A stretch of 47,348 nt of DNA from the NCBI GenBank assembly GCA_002269645.1, contig NIVC01000582.1:1-47348 (forward strand). The letters are read 5' to 3'. Position 1 is the first letter of the stretch. Each line of letters starts with the position of its first letter. Below the pieces are notes generated by a model. The model saw nothing but the letters and a program-made list of their open reading frames with translations, ran no database searches and was not told where the DNA came from. The translations under genes and the position numbers were made by a program. The DNA comes from Macrostomum lignano. Taxonomy: Eukaryota. Positions 1-12,629 of this stretch are shown piece by piece.

Positions 1-127
1 GGGATGTCGACTTTGGACACTAATGCGCAGTAGCATCTGGATTGGGATTTTTCAAATAAAACCGACTCATTGTTCTTTTCTCTGTTGTGTATTTAAAAAC
101 ACTTGCTGAAATTTTAAATTTTGTTTT

Positions 128-508
128 GAAAGACCCTGAAAGACCCTGAAAGACCCTGAAAGACCCTGAAAGACCCTGAAAGACCCTGAAAGACCCTGAA
201 AGACCCTGAAAGACCTTGAAAGACCTTGAAAGACTGAAAGATCCTGAAAGACTATGAAAGACCCTGAAAGACCCTGAAAGACCCTGAAAGACCTGAAAGA
301 CCCTGAAAGACCCTGAAAGACCCTGAAAGACTATGAAAGACCCTGAAAGACCCTGAAAGACCCTGAAAGACCCTGAAAGACTATGAAAGACCCTGAAAGA
401 CCCTGAAAGACCCTGAAAGACCCTGAAAGACTATGAAAGACCCTGAAAGACCCTGAAAGACCCTGAAAGACCCTGAAAGACCCTGAAAGACTCTGAAAGA
501 CCCTGAAA
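128..508. repeat. 10-bp tandem repeat (GAAAGACCCT)n, about 38 copies
   Basis: Directly visible, with variants GACTAT, GACCTT and GACTCT. It explains the repetitive ORF 331..687. Confidence 0.95.
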
Positions 509-959
509 AAGTTATTAGCTACTCTTATATTCCGGATTATTTGTACAATAGCAACTCTGGCTATTATTATATGCAATGAAACCAACTGAAATATTGGCAG
601 AGGCACGATTCCACCACCACAAGTTGTGTTTAGTAGTCCATGAACCGGATTAGGATGAAAGCTCAGAAAGAAGTGGAGTTTAATCAACGAAATGGAACTG
701 GCGGAAAAATAATTATGGGCGAAACCGATAATTTCATTGATGGGAAATAAATAGCCTAGTTCTGGGTTGATTGGCCTTGAAAGACTTCTCTGAAATAATT
801 AAGCCGCATAATTGAATTGCAATAATTGACGGCTTGAATTGAAAGGGCAATATAACAGTTAATATTAGTTTTTTCACGTGACGTTCTTTTTTTTTCTCCA
901 CAGCAATCCAATTGACTACAGAAAGCTAGTATTACATTTAATGACTTATTATTTTCCAG

Positions 960-1129
960 ATTGTCCTCATGATGATCACGGTCGTGGTCATTTTCGCCCT
1001 GTGTTGGCTGCCCTACCAGATCAGCTTCTTCTTTTCTAACAACTCGGCTGCGCTGTTCATCGCGCTGTACTTTCTGGCCATCTGCAGCACCTGGCCGAAT
1101 CCCTTTATTTATTGCAAAATGAACAACAA
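960..1129 (+). CDS. Class A (rhodopsin-like) neuropeptide GPCR, TM6-TM7 exon; 5' exons are not identified in the window
   Basis: Acceptor ttttccag| and donor AA|gtaagc. Translates IVLMMITVVVIFALCWLPYQISFFFSNNSAALFIALYFLAICSTWPNPFIYCKMNN, with the TM6 CWxP and TM7 NPxxY motifs. Confidence 0.9.
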
Positions 1130-1140
1130 GTAAGCGATGG

Positions 1141-1330
1141 GTGTTGGTCTGTTGGAGGCATTGTGGGCTGTTGGTCTGTTGGAGGCATTGTAGGCTGTTG
1201 GTCTGTTGGAGGCATTGTGGGCTGTTGGTCTGTTGGAGGCATTGTGGGCTGTTGGTCTGTTGGAGGCATTGTAGGCTGTTGGTCTGTTGGAGGCATTGTG
1301 GGCTGTTGGTCTGTTGGAGGCATTGTTGGG
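1141..1330. repeat. 27-bp minisatellite (GCTGTTGGTCTGTTGGAGGCATTGTGG), about 7 copies, in the GPCR intron
   Basis: Direct tandem copies lying between donor 1130 and acceptor 1516. Confidence 0.95.
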
Positions 1331-1516
1331 TGTTGGTGAGTTAGATTCTAAAAGACGTTTCATGGGAACTGTTTGAAGATGTGACATAAGTTCTAAAGTT
1401 GAAAAACTTGGTGCATTGCAATGTTCTGTGATGTTTCTGTCCGAAACACGAGAGCTCAAATTTGAGATAGGCTCCCAGCTCCAGCGCAGCCACTCAAAAT
1501 CCTTCAAATCCCGCAG

Positions 1517-1805
1517 TTTTCGCACCGGCTTCAAGCAGGCATTCCGATTTCTGCCCTGCGTGAAAGCCGACCCGGAGCAGTATGCCCTGCTAAAGCTCGG
1601 CAGGGCCAAGGGCCACACGGTGCATAGCTACTCGCGAGCTGCCAACCGCTGCCAGCAGATGTCTCAGCGCCAGCAGCAGCAACACCAGCAGCAGCAGCAG
1701 CAGCAGCAGTCAGTCGCTCTTTTAAGTCGCGATTGCAACGAAGCTCCAGATGGTGGCGGCAAAGTAGATCCACAGTCGATGACTCATTCTACTCAAGAGG
1801 TGTAA
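1517..1805 (+). CDS. GPCR terminal exon (helix 8 plus polyQ-containing tail), tachykinin/luqin/RYamide-receptor-like
   Basis: Acceptor cccgcag|, phase-compatible with the previous exon, giving MNNNFRTGFKQAFRFLPCV. This resembles the tachykinin-receptor helix 8 (NxRFRxGFKxAFR). Stop TAA at 1803-1805. Confidence 0.8.
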
Positions 1806-3374
1806 CAGTTATCGCAATAGAAAATGCTTCTAATTAGCTGCTTGCAAGATTTTTGAGATGAGAATCTTACTTAAAAACGTGGCTTTAGATAAAAAATAAG
1901 TAGTGAAAAAATTTCTCGAAAAAATCATTGTTTTGTTAAACAATTATAAAAAATCAACACGAATTTTCTATCTATACTACTATAGGCCGTGACTAGTCAG
2001 TAGTAGGAAAGGCTTCATTATGTTTTAAAAAATACCCCGAGACAACCTAAACAGCTCGAGTAGCCCGATTTAATCCATGTTTGTTTGTACTTTTCAAACT
2101 CATATTTTTTTGTGCGATTTACAAAATAACGTTTGTTGTCAGTTGCTTGTAAGCGCTTCTATGTAATGCATCATTACCTTCTGCTTACTCGATTCGCTAT
2201 ATGTTATTGATGCATATTTAGCAAGCGTTGGTGACCTGTCGTTTGACCATAGGCACCAAGCCTGTTCCCATGACTAAAAGGCAAGTACGGAGAACGTACT
2301 GGCATGTCCATACTATAGAAATTTTTGAAGGCTCAATAAGTAGGCAAGCCAAATTGGACACCTTTCTCGTCTGATCTCAACTTAGGCAAATGATATTTCA
2401 GAACCAGGGTGACTCCCATGAGCAGGCACACAAGCGCGCGGATACGAACGCAGTCATACGCACAGGCACAATCCCACAGGAGTGTACAGCGGCCCTAACT
2501 TTATTTATCGTTAGGCATAGCCAAGCCGAGATGATCCAATCGGGGTTGAAGCGAAGGAGAAAGAATTAAAATAAAGAGGTTTTGCCATAGACGATTGAGC
2601 CATTGACGATTTCTAATCCCATGCGTAGAGTCAAACTAGAGTTTGCTCTGCTGGCTAAACCAAAAGGTCTCCCTCTTTTGTATAGTCCCATGCCGCTTGC
2701 TCTGTTCAATTCTGACATTAATAAAATTGATCAATGCCCCCCCCCCCCCGATCTCCTAGCGAGTCTATGACGTAATCAATTGCGATAAAAGTTGATTAAA
2801 GATCTTTTCTGCTAGTAGTATTGTGTGCACGAAGTAAAAGTTCTATATTAATGTGTAAAATTATTAGTTATCGTCTGTTTCTCGAGGATAAAAGCAAAAG
2901 TTTATTTACCGTTGTTATGTATAAATGTATGTTTCTTGAACTAAATTGTACAATTTTTAATATTTTAAGCTCCAATGTGATTTGTCCAAGTTATAATCGA
3001 ATTGAAACAACCTGAAAGTACATCGCCGAAGTTGGTTATATCGTGTAATATTTTCGCTAAATGAAATTAGCTTTGAGTTTTATTCAATCAAGGCATCACT
3101 ATCGAATAAGCAGAATGCCCTCACGCGCTCTGAATTCGGCTCAGAGGTACTCTCAGGTACATGTATCCCCTGAATACACCGCAGAATTCACCCCAAAGTA
3201 CCCCCCCCCCGGAATAGAACCCAAAAATACCCTCAAAATATCCTAGGAAGGCGCCTGAATAATAACCAAGAAAGCCTCAGGCTCAGAGTGCACCCTAAAT
3301 AAGAGGATACAACAAATTACGCTCGAAAGCCTCCACAATATATCTTAGAAAACATACCAGGACACCACCAGTTC

Positions 3375-3950
3375 CCCCAAAGATACCTCTCAGAGTCCAC
3401 CCCAAGACACCCCAAAGAGTCCACCCCAAGACACCCCAAAGAGTCCACCCCAAGACACCCCCAAAAGTCCATCCCAAGACACCTCTAAGAGTCCACCCCA
3501 AGACACCCCTAAGAAAGAGTCCACCCCAAGACACCCCTATGAGTCCACCCCAAGGCACCCCTAAGAGTTTACCCCAAGATACCCCTAAGAGTCCACCCCA
3601 AGACACCCCTAAGAGTCCACCCCAAGACACCCCTTAAGAGTCCACCCCAAGACACCCCCAAAAGTCCATCCCAAGACACCTCTAAGAGTCCACCCCAAGA
3701 CACCCCTAAGAAAGAGTCCACCCTAAGACACCCCTATGAGTCCACCCCAAGACACCCGTAAGAGTCCACCCCAAGGCACCCCTAAGAGTTTACCCCAAGA
3801 TACCCCTAAGAGTCCACCCCAAGACACCCCTAAGAGTCCACCCCAAGACACCCCTAAGAGTCCACCCCAAGGCACCCCTAAGAGTTTACCCCAAGATACC
3901 CCTAAGAGTCCACCCCAAGACACCCCTAAGAGTCCACCCCAAGACCTCGC
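3375..3950. repeat. 24-bp minisatellite (AAGAGTCCACCCCAAGACACCCCT)n
   Basis: Direct tandem copies. Source of ORFs 3295..3630, 3723..3953 and 3736..3978. Confidence 0.95.
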
Positions 3951-6900
3951 CAAGATGCAACCCCGGAAGCTCCCCTAAGATACCACAGAATCCATCCAAA
4001 CTAGCCTCTGTGAGACGCCCCAAGGTTTCTCAGAAAATACGTCGGGATACCCATAGAACCTCAGCAAGGTTACCCACCAGATGGCACCCAATGCTCCGCA
4101 GATGTATTTAACGAAGTCTTAAAAATTCAGTTTCATTACAGGGCCACCATGCAGGCACAGGGCAGTACAGTGCGAGAGCACAAAGTCACTGCTTGCTCGT
4201 AGAGAAGCAGGTGACAGAGAAACATATAGAGGCATGTACGAGCCGTATATGCCAAGACGTGTCTGTATAATATGAAGACAGTTATATGGGGTTACACAAT
4301 GCCACACCTGCGTGTGGCATTGACGCCTTAATTAGTTAGTCAGATCCATTTTCGTGATAGATTAATTCTTATCGGCTGGGACTGAGCAAGTTTTGAGATA
4401 ATGTCGTCCTCTCCTCCTAGTCAGAGTTGAGCTATTGGAGTTTTTGAGTAATTAAAATGTACATACAACCCTATCTATATAAGATGGCATTCTTAATTGC
4501 TAACTTCAATCCAACTCATAATAGTGTACGCTTACAGTGAGAAAGATTGCGAGCTGTTCTGACAATATTCTTATCAAAGTTACATGTATATTAATAATTG
4601 TCCTTAATTACTGCTTGATTCTGTGCTCCGACTCTTAGGTTGGAATCAGGTGCCCAGTAATGGGTTAAAATTTACTATCATTCAATGGACTTCTGGAGGC
4701 TCACTTGTTTACTTAATTGCTTAATAGCACCCCAATTTTACCAAGCATTGATAGATGATATATTTCGAGAACGTTATCTCAATTAAATTATATGATTTTC
4801 GCTGGTTTTAACTTTGTATTCGTCTGTAATTACACCATTAGTGTAACGAGCATACGATCGTACAGTGACTAATTGGATTGTATCAAAGTAGATTCAATCT
4901 AGCGGATACATAGTGAATTCATATTACAATTAGCTACAGTTAAAATTCTGATATATAGAGAGCCTCTGGTAAAACACACATGTAGTGTGATACTCGCGAT
5001 GCAAAGGTAATCTGCTGTACACCTTGGCTTTTAACCATAAGGTGGTATAAAGTAGACTAAATTCAACGCAACGCAACGGACGAAAAGGAACCCCTGCTTA
5101 GGATGAAACTGGCTACAATAAACGCAAGCGCCATCAAATACTGTTGAGCCTTATGGTATATAAGTGTTGACACAGCTTTGTACAGGATTTCTCTCTGCTA
5201 TAGCTAAATAAATAGAATAGTTCTGCTTTATGTATCGAAACTGGGCCATTCTCGCACAAATTCGCAGCAAGTCAAAGACTTCAAAGCCATTATGCATATA
5301 TAGTTTCACAGCGCGCGGCTCTTCTGTTGACGGGGGGGGGGCGGGCGGTGAGGAGGTGCAGAGAGGCAATTAGAGGGGGGGAGTGTATAGATGTGAGCGC
5401 CTTTGGCTCTGCGACCATGCACCCACCACCACTCGTTCACGTGCATTGAAAGCTTGATTGCTATTGGCTGATATCGAAGGGAGCCCTGCAGTACAGTTTC
5501 TACTGTAGTTTTTTCTTCAAGTGTAAGTTTGCCGAAATCGTGATAATAAGAGCGAAGACATGCTGTATATGTATGTACTTCGAGTATATATATATATATA
5601 CAGGCCCGAAGCCAAGGCTTCGAATGCAGAGACGCAGACAGGGCACTTAGACTGCGGATCTAACAGCAACACCTAACTGACGTGTGTAATTATAAACTTG
5701 CGTCGCTTCACACCAGGCAATCTGTGATTAATTACTAAGCTATTTATTCAATTAATCCTATGTTTCAGGATCAATTAGAAGGAGCTTTAAAGTTCTTAAA
5801 GTAATATCATAGGTTGCTCGGTATGGTAACGACGTGAAGCATCTATCGAAGTAGATAATTTTACTCTTGATTATCGATTTCATTGTAATTACTATACACC
5901 TTATTGGCTTGTTTAAAAACACTGTAGCAACTTAACTTCTGTGTTTCAGTTAGCATGGTACAAGAAACGGCTGGCTTTTAGACTTCTGGACACACATTGG
6001 ACACATTTCGGACGCATACCGCATCATTGCATCGATAGTGTGAGCTACGAGTAGCTGTTTTTAACCAACTTCATTTTACGTTATGTGATTTAAATTAACA
6101 GCCGAAGCTCAAAAGCGGATTGCAATTTGTTTAAACGATCTGCATGCAGCACAGCAAATCCGAGATGACGGCTAAAAAGCTGCACAATTCGCCTCTACGC
6201 TCACACGGGTTCAACTTTCCCTGCGACTGAAGACTGTTCTGAACCTGCCATGCCACGTATAGCAGCACGGCTTGAATTCGATACTGCAATAATTTGCGCA
6301 GAATAACACAATTTCTTGACACAATAACACAAAACGACTGTGAAAGCGAGAACTGTGTATAATCTGTTATAGTTACTGCTGTTATGCGTATATATATAAT
6401 GTATGCAGTCCACACAGTTGATGGCAAATAAATTTAATTTTCATAGAAGTGCTCTTAACCCTTTTCATTGTACGTGTCACTGATGCATGTACACGTACAT
6501 GTAATTCTTATTTTGTGAATTAGTAATGAACGTAACTATACTTCAGTAGTGCCATGCGCATCGAACTGTAAATTTATACGACGTAGTAGTACCCGATCTT
6601 CGACATCTTATACACCAGCGGCATACATGTTGCTCAAAATTTACATTGTATATCTTTGGTCAAAATAAGCTAAATAAACTGATCTGCACCAACTGAAAAA
6701 ATAGCAATGATGTCTCGAGATGTACATGTAATAAATTACCTCTAAATTTATGTACTTAGTTTGCGCCATCATACAACATGCAGACGGGACAGTTGATTGA
6801 TACGTAGGAGAGACGGGAAAGACGGCCAGAAAAAATAGGGAATTTTCGTCAAAATACAGCACAGCCCGGCCCTCCACCGGCCCTTCACTGATTTCTGCAA

Positions 6901-8872
6901 AAGAAGAAGTCTAAATTGGAACATTTTTTGGTATGTATGCATACATGTATAATGTATTTTTTAGCGGGCTTCGGCTCAATTGCATGTACGACTCGTACGT
7001 GTACATGAACATTTTTCGGAATCCATAAATGTAATTATTTTTACTAATTTGTCTTGCAGTACCTGTAAAGCCCTAAAAGGGTAGCAATGTACGTACATGT
7101 AATGAAAAAAACATGTAAGGATCAGAACTACATGTTATGTACCTCGCGTATAGCGCTGCACACTACTTTTCGTGTACCATGTATATTTTACACTGGACGC
7201 ACAAAAATCTTTTGTTAAAATCTCTGCTATTAGGTAATACAATACAAGTTAAAATATTTGAGGCTGTAAGAGAAAACTATGATTAAATCGCATGCAGCAG
7301 AGTACATTTTAGTACCAGTTAATAGACTGCATTATACTATTGCAATTCTATAATGCTATAGCTTAATTAATGATACGAGCTACATGCAGTGTAAACTACA
7401 GTGTCAGCGCTGTTTCATAGCTTGTCTATATATTGTATAGCATCAAGTTGCAGCAAACACAAAAGAAAATTTGGCAAGAGATGCATGTTCGCGTGTGTAT
7501 TTAAGTATTTACTCAACATTTTTTCATGTATTTTCTTGATTGAACGGATACACCGAAACTATTACGCGTTTTAAGATCTTATAACAAAGAAGCGGGTAAA
7601 AATCCTTCTGCTTTGGTAAAAACGTTTAAAAAAAGTGTATCATAGCAATATAATAGTATTCTTCTTTTATTTTGTAAGAAAAATAAGTTTTGTAGCTGCA
7701 AACTTAGCGTCGTTTCACAGTTTTAACAGACAATCTTGAAAGGTTTAAAACTCCCTGTAAATTGATCATGTGATGTGATTGCTGATTCGACTTAAGAAGT
7801 CAGTTGGACTCCGTCTGCCACTGCTACAAATCGAACAAAAACTGAAAACTTTTAATGTTTAAGTGAACTTATGGGTATGAATTATCTTTTATTTTGCTAA
7901 AAAGCCGTGCCCACCAACTTTATACATGTATAAGGACGATAGTATTTAAATCAAGGCATACACAGCATTCAGAATAATTTCTCCACGCATATGTGTATGC
8001 ATAATGAACGGTACAGTAGAGATAAATGTGCAGATAATACAAAATGACCTTTGTAGCAAAATTTGAGCAATTTTATCTGTTCAGATTTTTTAACTAGAAT
8101 GAATAATGAAATTTAGTGAACTTTCAACAAACTTAAGCATAGCTATCATTAATCATTTTAGACTCAATGGTGATTTTTTTATTTTTCGCTCTTGATTTAT
8201 TTATCTAGTTTATATACTTTTGTTATATTTATTTATCTTTATCTATTAGCATAGCTTTAAAATATTGTCATTGTCAGATAATTTGGATTAGATTAATTAT
8301 TTTATGCAATTTATATTATATTATAATGCCCTTTAAGATCATTAACTAAGATGTAATAGAAGAGCAAGGCTTTTAGTATTAGTGGCAGTCAATATATAGT
8401 ACATAAATTGTTAATAATAATAATTTAAACTTCACTATAATTGGTAACCTTACTAAATACCTGTAGGCCTAATTCAATATTCTTATCTATTAGGTAAAGG
8501 CTTCTAATATTTTATTAGGCCATATATTTTGCATTTAGACAACATATTTTGTCTAAAAATTTTTTACCTGATACAAACAAGAGTATTTGATCATATAGGT
8601 AGGGTCTTAACTATATCACCTTTTTGCATTTAATTGGTGCATGGCAGTCAGCAGTCTAACGTGGCAGCGTGGTAGAGATTTTACACAGACAAACCATCGA
8701 CAATAAAAACTAATTTGTTTTTTAAGTAATTTTTGCCATAGTTGGAAGTAAAGAATGGTGCAGAGAGGACCATACCATACACTAAAATCAGTCTGGTGGA
8801 CAGAGAGGAAAGTGAATGCATGCGTGACTTGTGCTTTTGAGTTTGATTTTCGTGAAATAAGCAAATTATGAA

Positions 8873-9637
8873 TATAGCTTTTTGCAGCCCATTTGGGCCT
8901 ACGCGCATTGAATTTAATCCAAGATACGTTTGCTAATATAACGGAGATTTTGTCTATGGTAGCAAAGCTGGCACAGCGGCATTTAAATTGGTCCAACATG
9001 CATCAATTTGGTCCATAGCTTCATTTGCAACTGTTACGGAGGATCAAGATCAGCCTCATAATTGTGGACCATACGCTGGGCTGTCAAACGAATGCCATTG
9101 GCTTGAGATCAAAGCACTCAACAGAGGTGAACACCCAAAGGACATTGCAAGGTTGCTGAATGTAAAAAAGATGGTTTACAGCATCCATCAGCGCGTTGAA
9201 ACCACTGCCGGCAGAGGTCGCCAGTGACAGGGTGGCAATTGCCAAGGCAAGTTGCGAGAGCCTCAGGTCCAACTGCTACTCGATGCAGTTGAGACGAACC
9301 CTTTGTTGACGGTGCAGAAAATGCAGCAGAAGTTGAAGGAACAGTTCCAGTTGGTTATCAGATTTGGACTATGAGCAGAGCTCTGGAAAGGCGACTGAAA
9401 ATTGTTGGTACAGACGCCGACATTCCAGCGGTACGCAACAACCTGCAGACGGTTGCGAGAAGGTAGGAGTTTGCCGAATGGCTCTTGGAGCGTTTGGACC
9501 AAATTGATGCTTGTTGGACCAAATTAAATGCCGCGGTGCCAGCCTTGCTACCATAGACAAAAGCTCCGTTACATTGGCAAACGTATCTTGGATTAAATTC
9601 AATGCGAGTAGGCCCAAATGGGCTGCCAAAAGCTATA
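8873..9637 (+). mobile_element. Non-autonomous IS630-Tc1-mariner DNA transposon: 761 bp plus TA TSD, 141-bp TIRs, degenerate transposase N-terminus only
   Basis: 8875-9015 is the reverse complement of 9495-9635 (9 mismatches in 141 by manual alignment) and is flanked by TA on both sides. The interior translates, across 2 stops and 1 frameshift, to EIKALNRGEHPKDIARLLNV...GRGRQ*QGGNCQGKLREPQVQLLLDAVETNPLLTVQKMQQKLKEQF...TMSRALERR...PAVRNNLQTVARR*EFAEWLL, a tandem HTH region typical of IS630-like transposases. Confidence 0.88.
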
Positions 9638-10439
9638 GTAGCGAAGAAACCTAATTGCCTGGTTATTTCAGTTCTTAGTCTGTGGTGAATACAAACTTTG
9701 CTGGGCTCTTTGCAACGCACCAACTTGAACGCAGTAAAAAAACCAAATCGGTCGAAAAGGGTGAATCAAAGAAAGCATGATTTGGAGCTTTGTTAGGCCA
9801 AGCCAAATAAGTACATGTATAAAAACCTACTGAAACTCAGTTTGTTATTGAAATGTATCCCACGAATGCAAGGAGCGGAAAATATTGACTAGATTTGCGG
9901 AGATTATGAGTATTCTCCACTCCCTGTATTCGCGGGAGACGTTTTGTCTATGGTAGAAGAAGTTCAACCAACCTCACTCTGGCTTAGGACGTTAATTTTA
10001 TTGTCTATGGCAGCGGAGGTCACTTAGTGAGAATCTCCGCTAGCAAAGCACTAGCGACATAGACAAGGCGTACAGGCAAACTGGGATACTGTTCTGTAGT
10101 CTATGGCCAGGCCCAAATGAGGAATCGCCCAAATGGATGCCCAAATGGATGAATGAAACCTTAGAGAGCGGGAGAAGTTCCTAGAAAGAGAGGAGAACTA
10201 CGTTTAAGTACGCATAAGTGCGCATGGTCCTATAAAGTGAGCGCACTGTCCAGAATTACCGTAACAACAGTTCATCACAATTTACATAAAATTTACTTCA
10301 GAAATACACAGCAAAATCCTTTTGTATTTGTTGAACAACCCTCTTCGATGAGCACAACAAACACGGGCTCCGCTTGCAATTTTGAACTTTCAGAAGATAA
10401 ACTTTCCATTTCAATTATTTGTGTCTTTCTGGTTGATGT

Positions 10440-10620
10440 GCAACTCAGAGAGACTAAAATAAGCCTTAAAAACTTTGCATTCAAAGTTACAGCATGCTGA
10501 AATCTCTACTTGAAGTAAAATTCTAATAAGGTGCATCTGATTTCTGTGGACAACTTTGGGATCTCGTTTTTCTGCCAAAATTCAATCATTTTCTCTTGGG
10601 CACAGTTATCGCTCTGCAGT
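10440..10620 (-). mobile_element. Possible relic of a hAT transposase C-terminal dimerisation domain
   Basis: Minus-strand translation MIEFWQKNEIPKLSTEIRCTLL, then TSSRDFSML after a frameshift, loosely matches the FW..N..P.L / S..ER.FS pattern. Weak, by-eye similarity only. Confidence 0.25.
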
Positions 10621-10642
10621 TAACGCGCTCATATTAATTTCA

Positions 10643-10817
10643 CTGACTGACTGACTGACTGACTGACTGACTGACTGACTGACTGACTGACTGACTGACT
10701 GACTGACTGACTGACTGACTGACTGACTGACTGACTGACTGACTGACTGACTGACTGACTGACTGACTGACTGACTGACTGACTGACTTACTTACTTACT
10801 TACTTACTAACTTACTA
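10643..10817. repeat. (GACT)n microsatellite of about 36 units grading into (TTAC)n
   Basis: Directly visible. Confidence 0.97.
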
Positions 10818-11581
10818 AAAGAGTAATCTCTTGAAACACTTTCTCTTACTTGCTTCTTTCTTCGTCTTATATTGTGGCGTCACTATAACAAATTAGAAAT
10901 GTAAATTAATGAACTAATGTTTTCCAATGTCTCCCAGGCAGCCGCTACCTGGGTGGACGGCTTTGTTTCTACAAACTGCATCTGAGCTCGTGTTTTATTA
11001 CCAAAAAATGGTTGCAGATTATCTGTTCTACTCTAGAGAAGAGAGAGGAGTTAGGAGAGCGAAGAAGCGAGCATTGAACTCAGAGGCAGACTCTATCTCT
11101 CTTTCTCTCTCCACTCGCCACTCAATTTTGTCTTGTGTATCCATGTGAATTTCCAGTGCACACAAGTGTATATATCAACTATAAGTATAATTCCGTATAT
11201 ATTTGCCATCGGTATGAGTTTCCGACCTCAAAGTCTGCTTTATTGAGCCTCTTACTCTCTGTCTCTACCATTTTCTCCGTCAGTTGTCTCATATTATATA
11301 AATAAGATAAAAAGAAGATACAGTGCTCTGCAGTTTTACCCCATTTGTGAGTAGCTATGCTGGCAGCCATGAATTTGTGAAGTCTGTATAATTGACAATA
11401 TATTAAAATACGAATCAGATTGTAAACTATTTATTTGACTGACATTTTCAGACAGGTGAGTTTGAGTGTCAGCTGAGTGTATTTGTAATGGCCACATATA
11501 GACCTTATAAATCAAGTAAGGATTGATGAAACAATAAAAATGTTTTAATGAATAACTGAGATCCGATATGGCACCACACAA

Positions 11582-11790
11582 AGATCTATATGGCGCCAAC
11601 TTAGAGATCTATATGGCGCCAACTCAAAGATCTATATGGCGCCAACTTAGAGATCTATATGGCGCCACTCATAGATCTATATGGCGCCAACTCAGAGATC
11701 TATATGGCGCCAACTCATAGATCTATATGGCGCCAACTCAGAGATCTATATGGCGCCACTCATAGATCTATATGGCGCCAACTCAGATCT
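11582..11790. repeat. 23-bp minisatellite (AGATCTATATGGCGCCAACTCAG), about 9 copies
   Basis: Direct tandem copies. Confidence 0.95.
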
Positions 11791-12393
11791 ATTTTACGCT
11801 TGGAAAGCCCAGAGACTCACAGGCAGCCCCTATGCCTGAACTGCAGCAGCATTAATGATTAATTAGCACAATGAAAGCTTCTATCTTTTTCCTTTCAATT
11901 ACTGCTTTACTTGACAGCGTGGCGGAGAAACCACGAGGGCACGATAGGGAATGGGGGAGAGAGGAATAGCGGAAATGTGCAATAGCTTTGCAGTCTACCC
12001 CAGGTATCTACCGCAGGTGCAGTACACTGATAGATAGATTAGCTAGGCTGCTGACACAGCTCATTGGATGGCTGAGGATGAGGTCTGAGCACGGAACACG
12101 TATTACCATTGTCTTTTTGATCTGTGTGTGTGTGTGAGTGTGTGTGAGCCTGTGTTGATCTTAGCAACCAAGATTCAATGTGCTCCCCAATTCTTAAGAC
12201 AAAGTTAAGAGAATAGGACAGTTTCACAATGTTAGGCAATTTTATTCCTGATTTTATATTTCAGAAGCAGACAAATCTGACTCAGGCACGAGCGCGGAAA
12301 AAATCGATATTCATTCCTGCAACATGCCTTCGTCAGATTTTTGAACTGGCACCTTATCCTTGATAAACTTCATTAGATTGCCCAGCGCATTGA

Positions 12394-12609
<216 letters not shown>

Positions 12610-12629
12610 TAAGACACTTTCATGTCCAG

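Noticed and set aside
904-925. Tiny upstream GPCR exon NPIDYRK after the strong acceptor at 903
   Set aside because: There is no canonical phase-compatible donor before the 959 acceptor, so it cannot be supported without transcripts.
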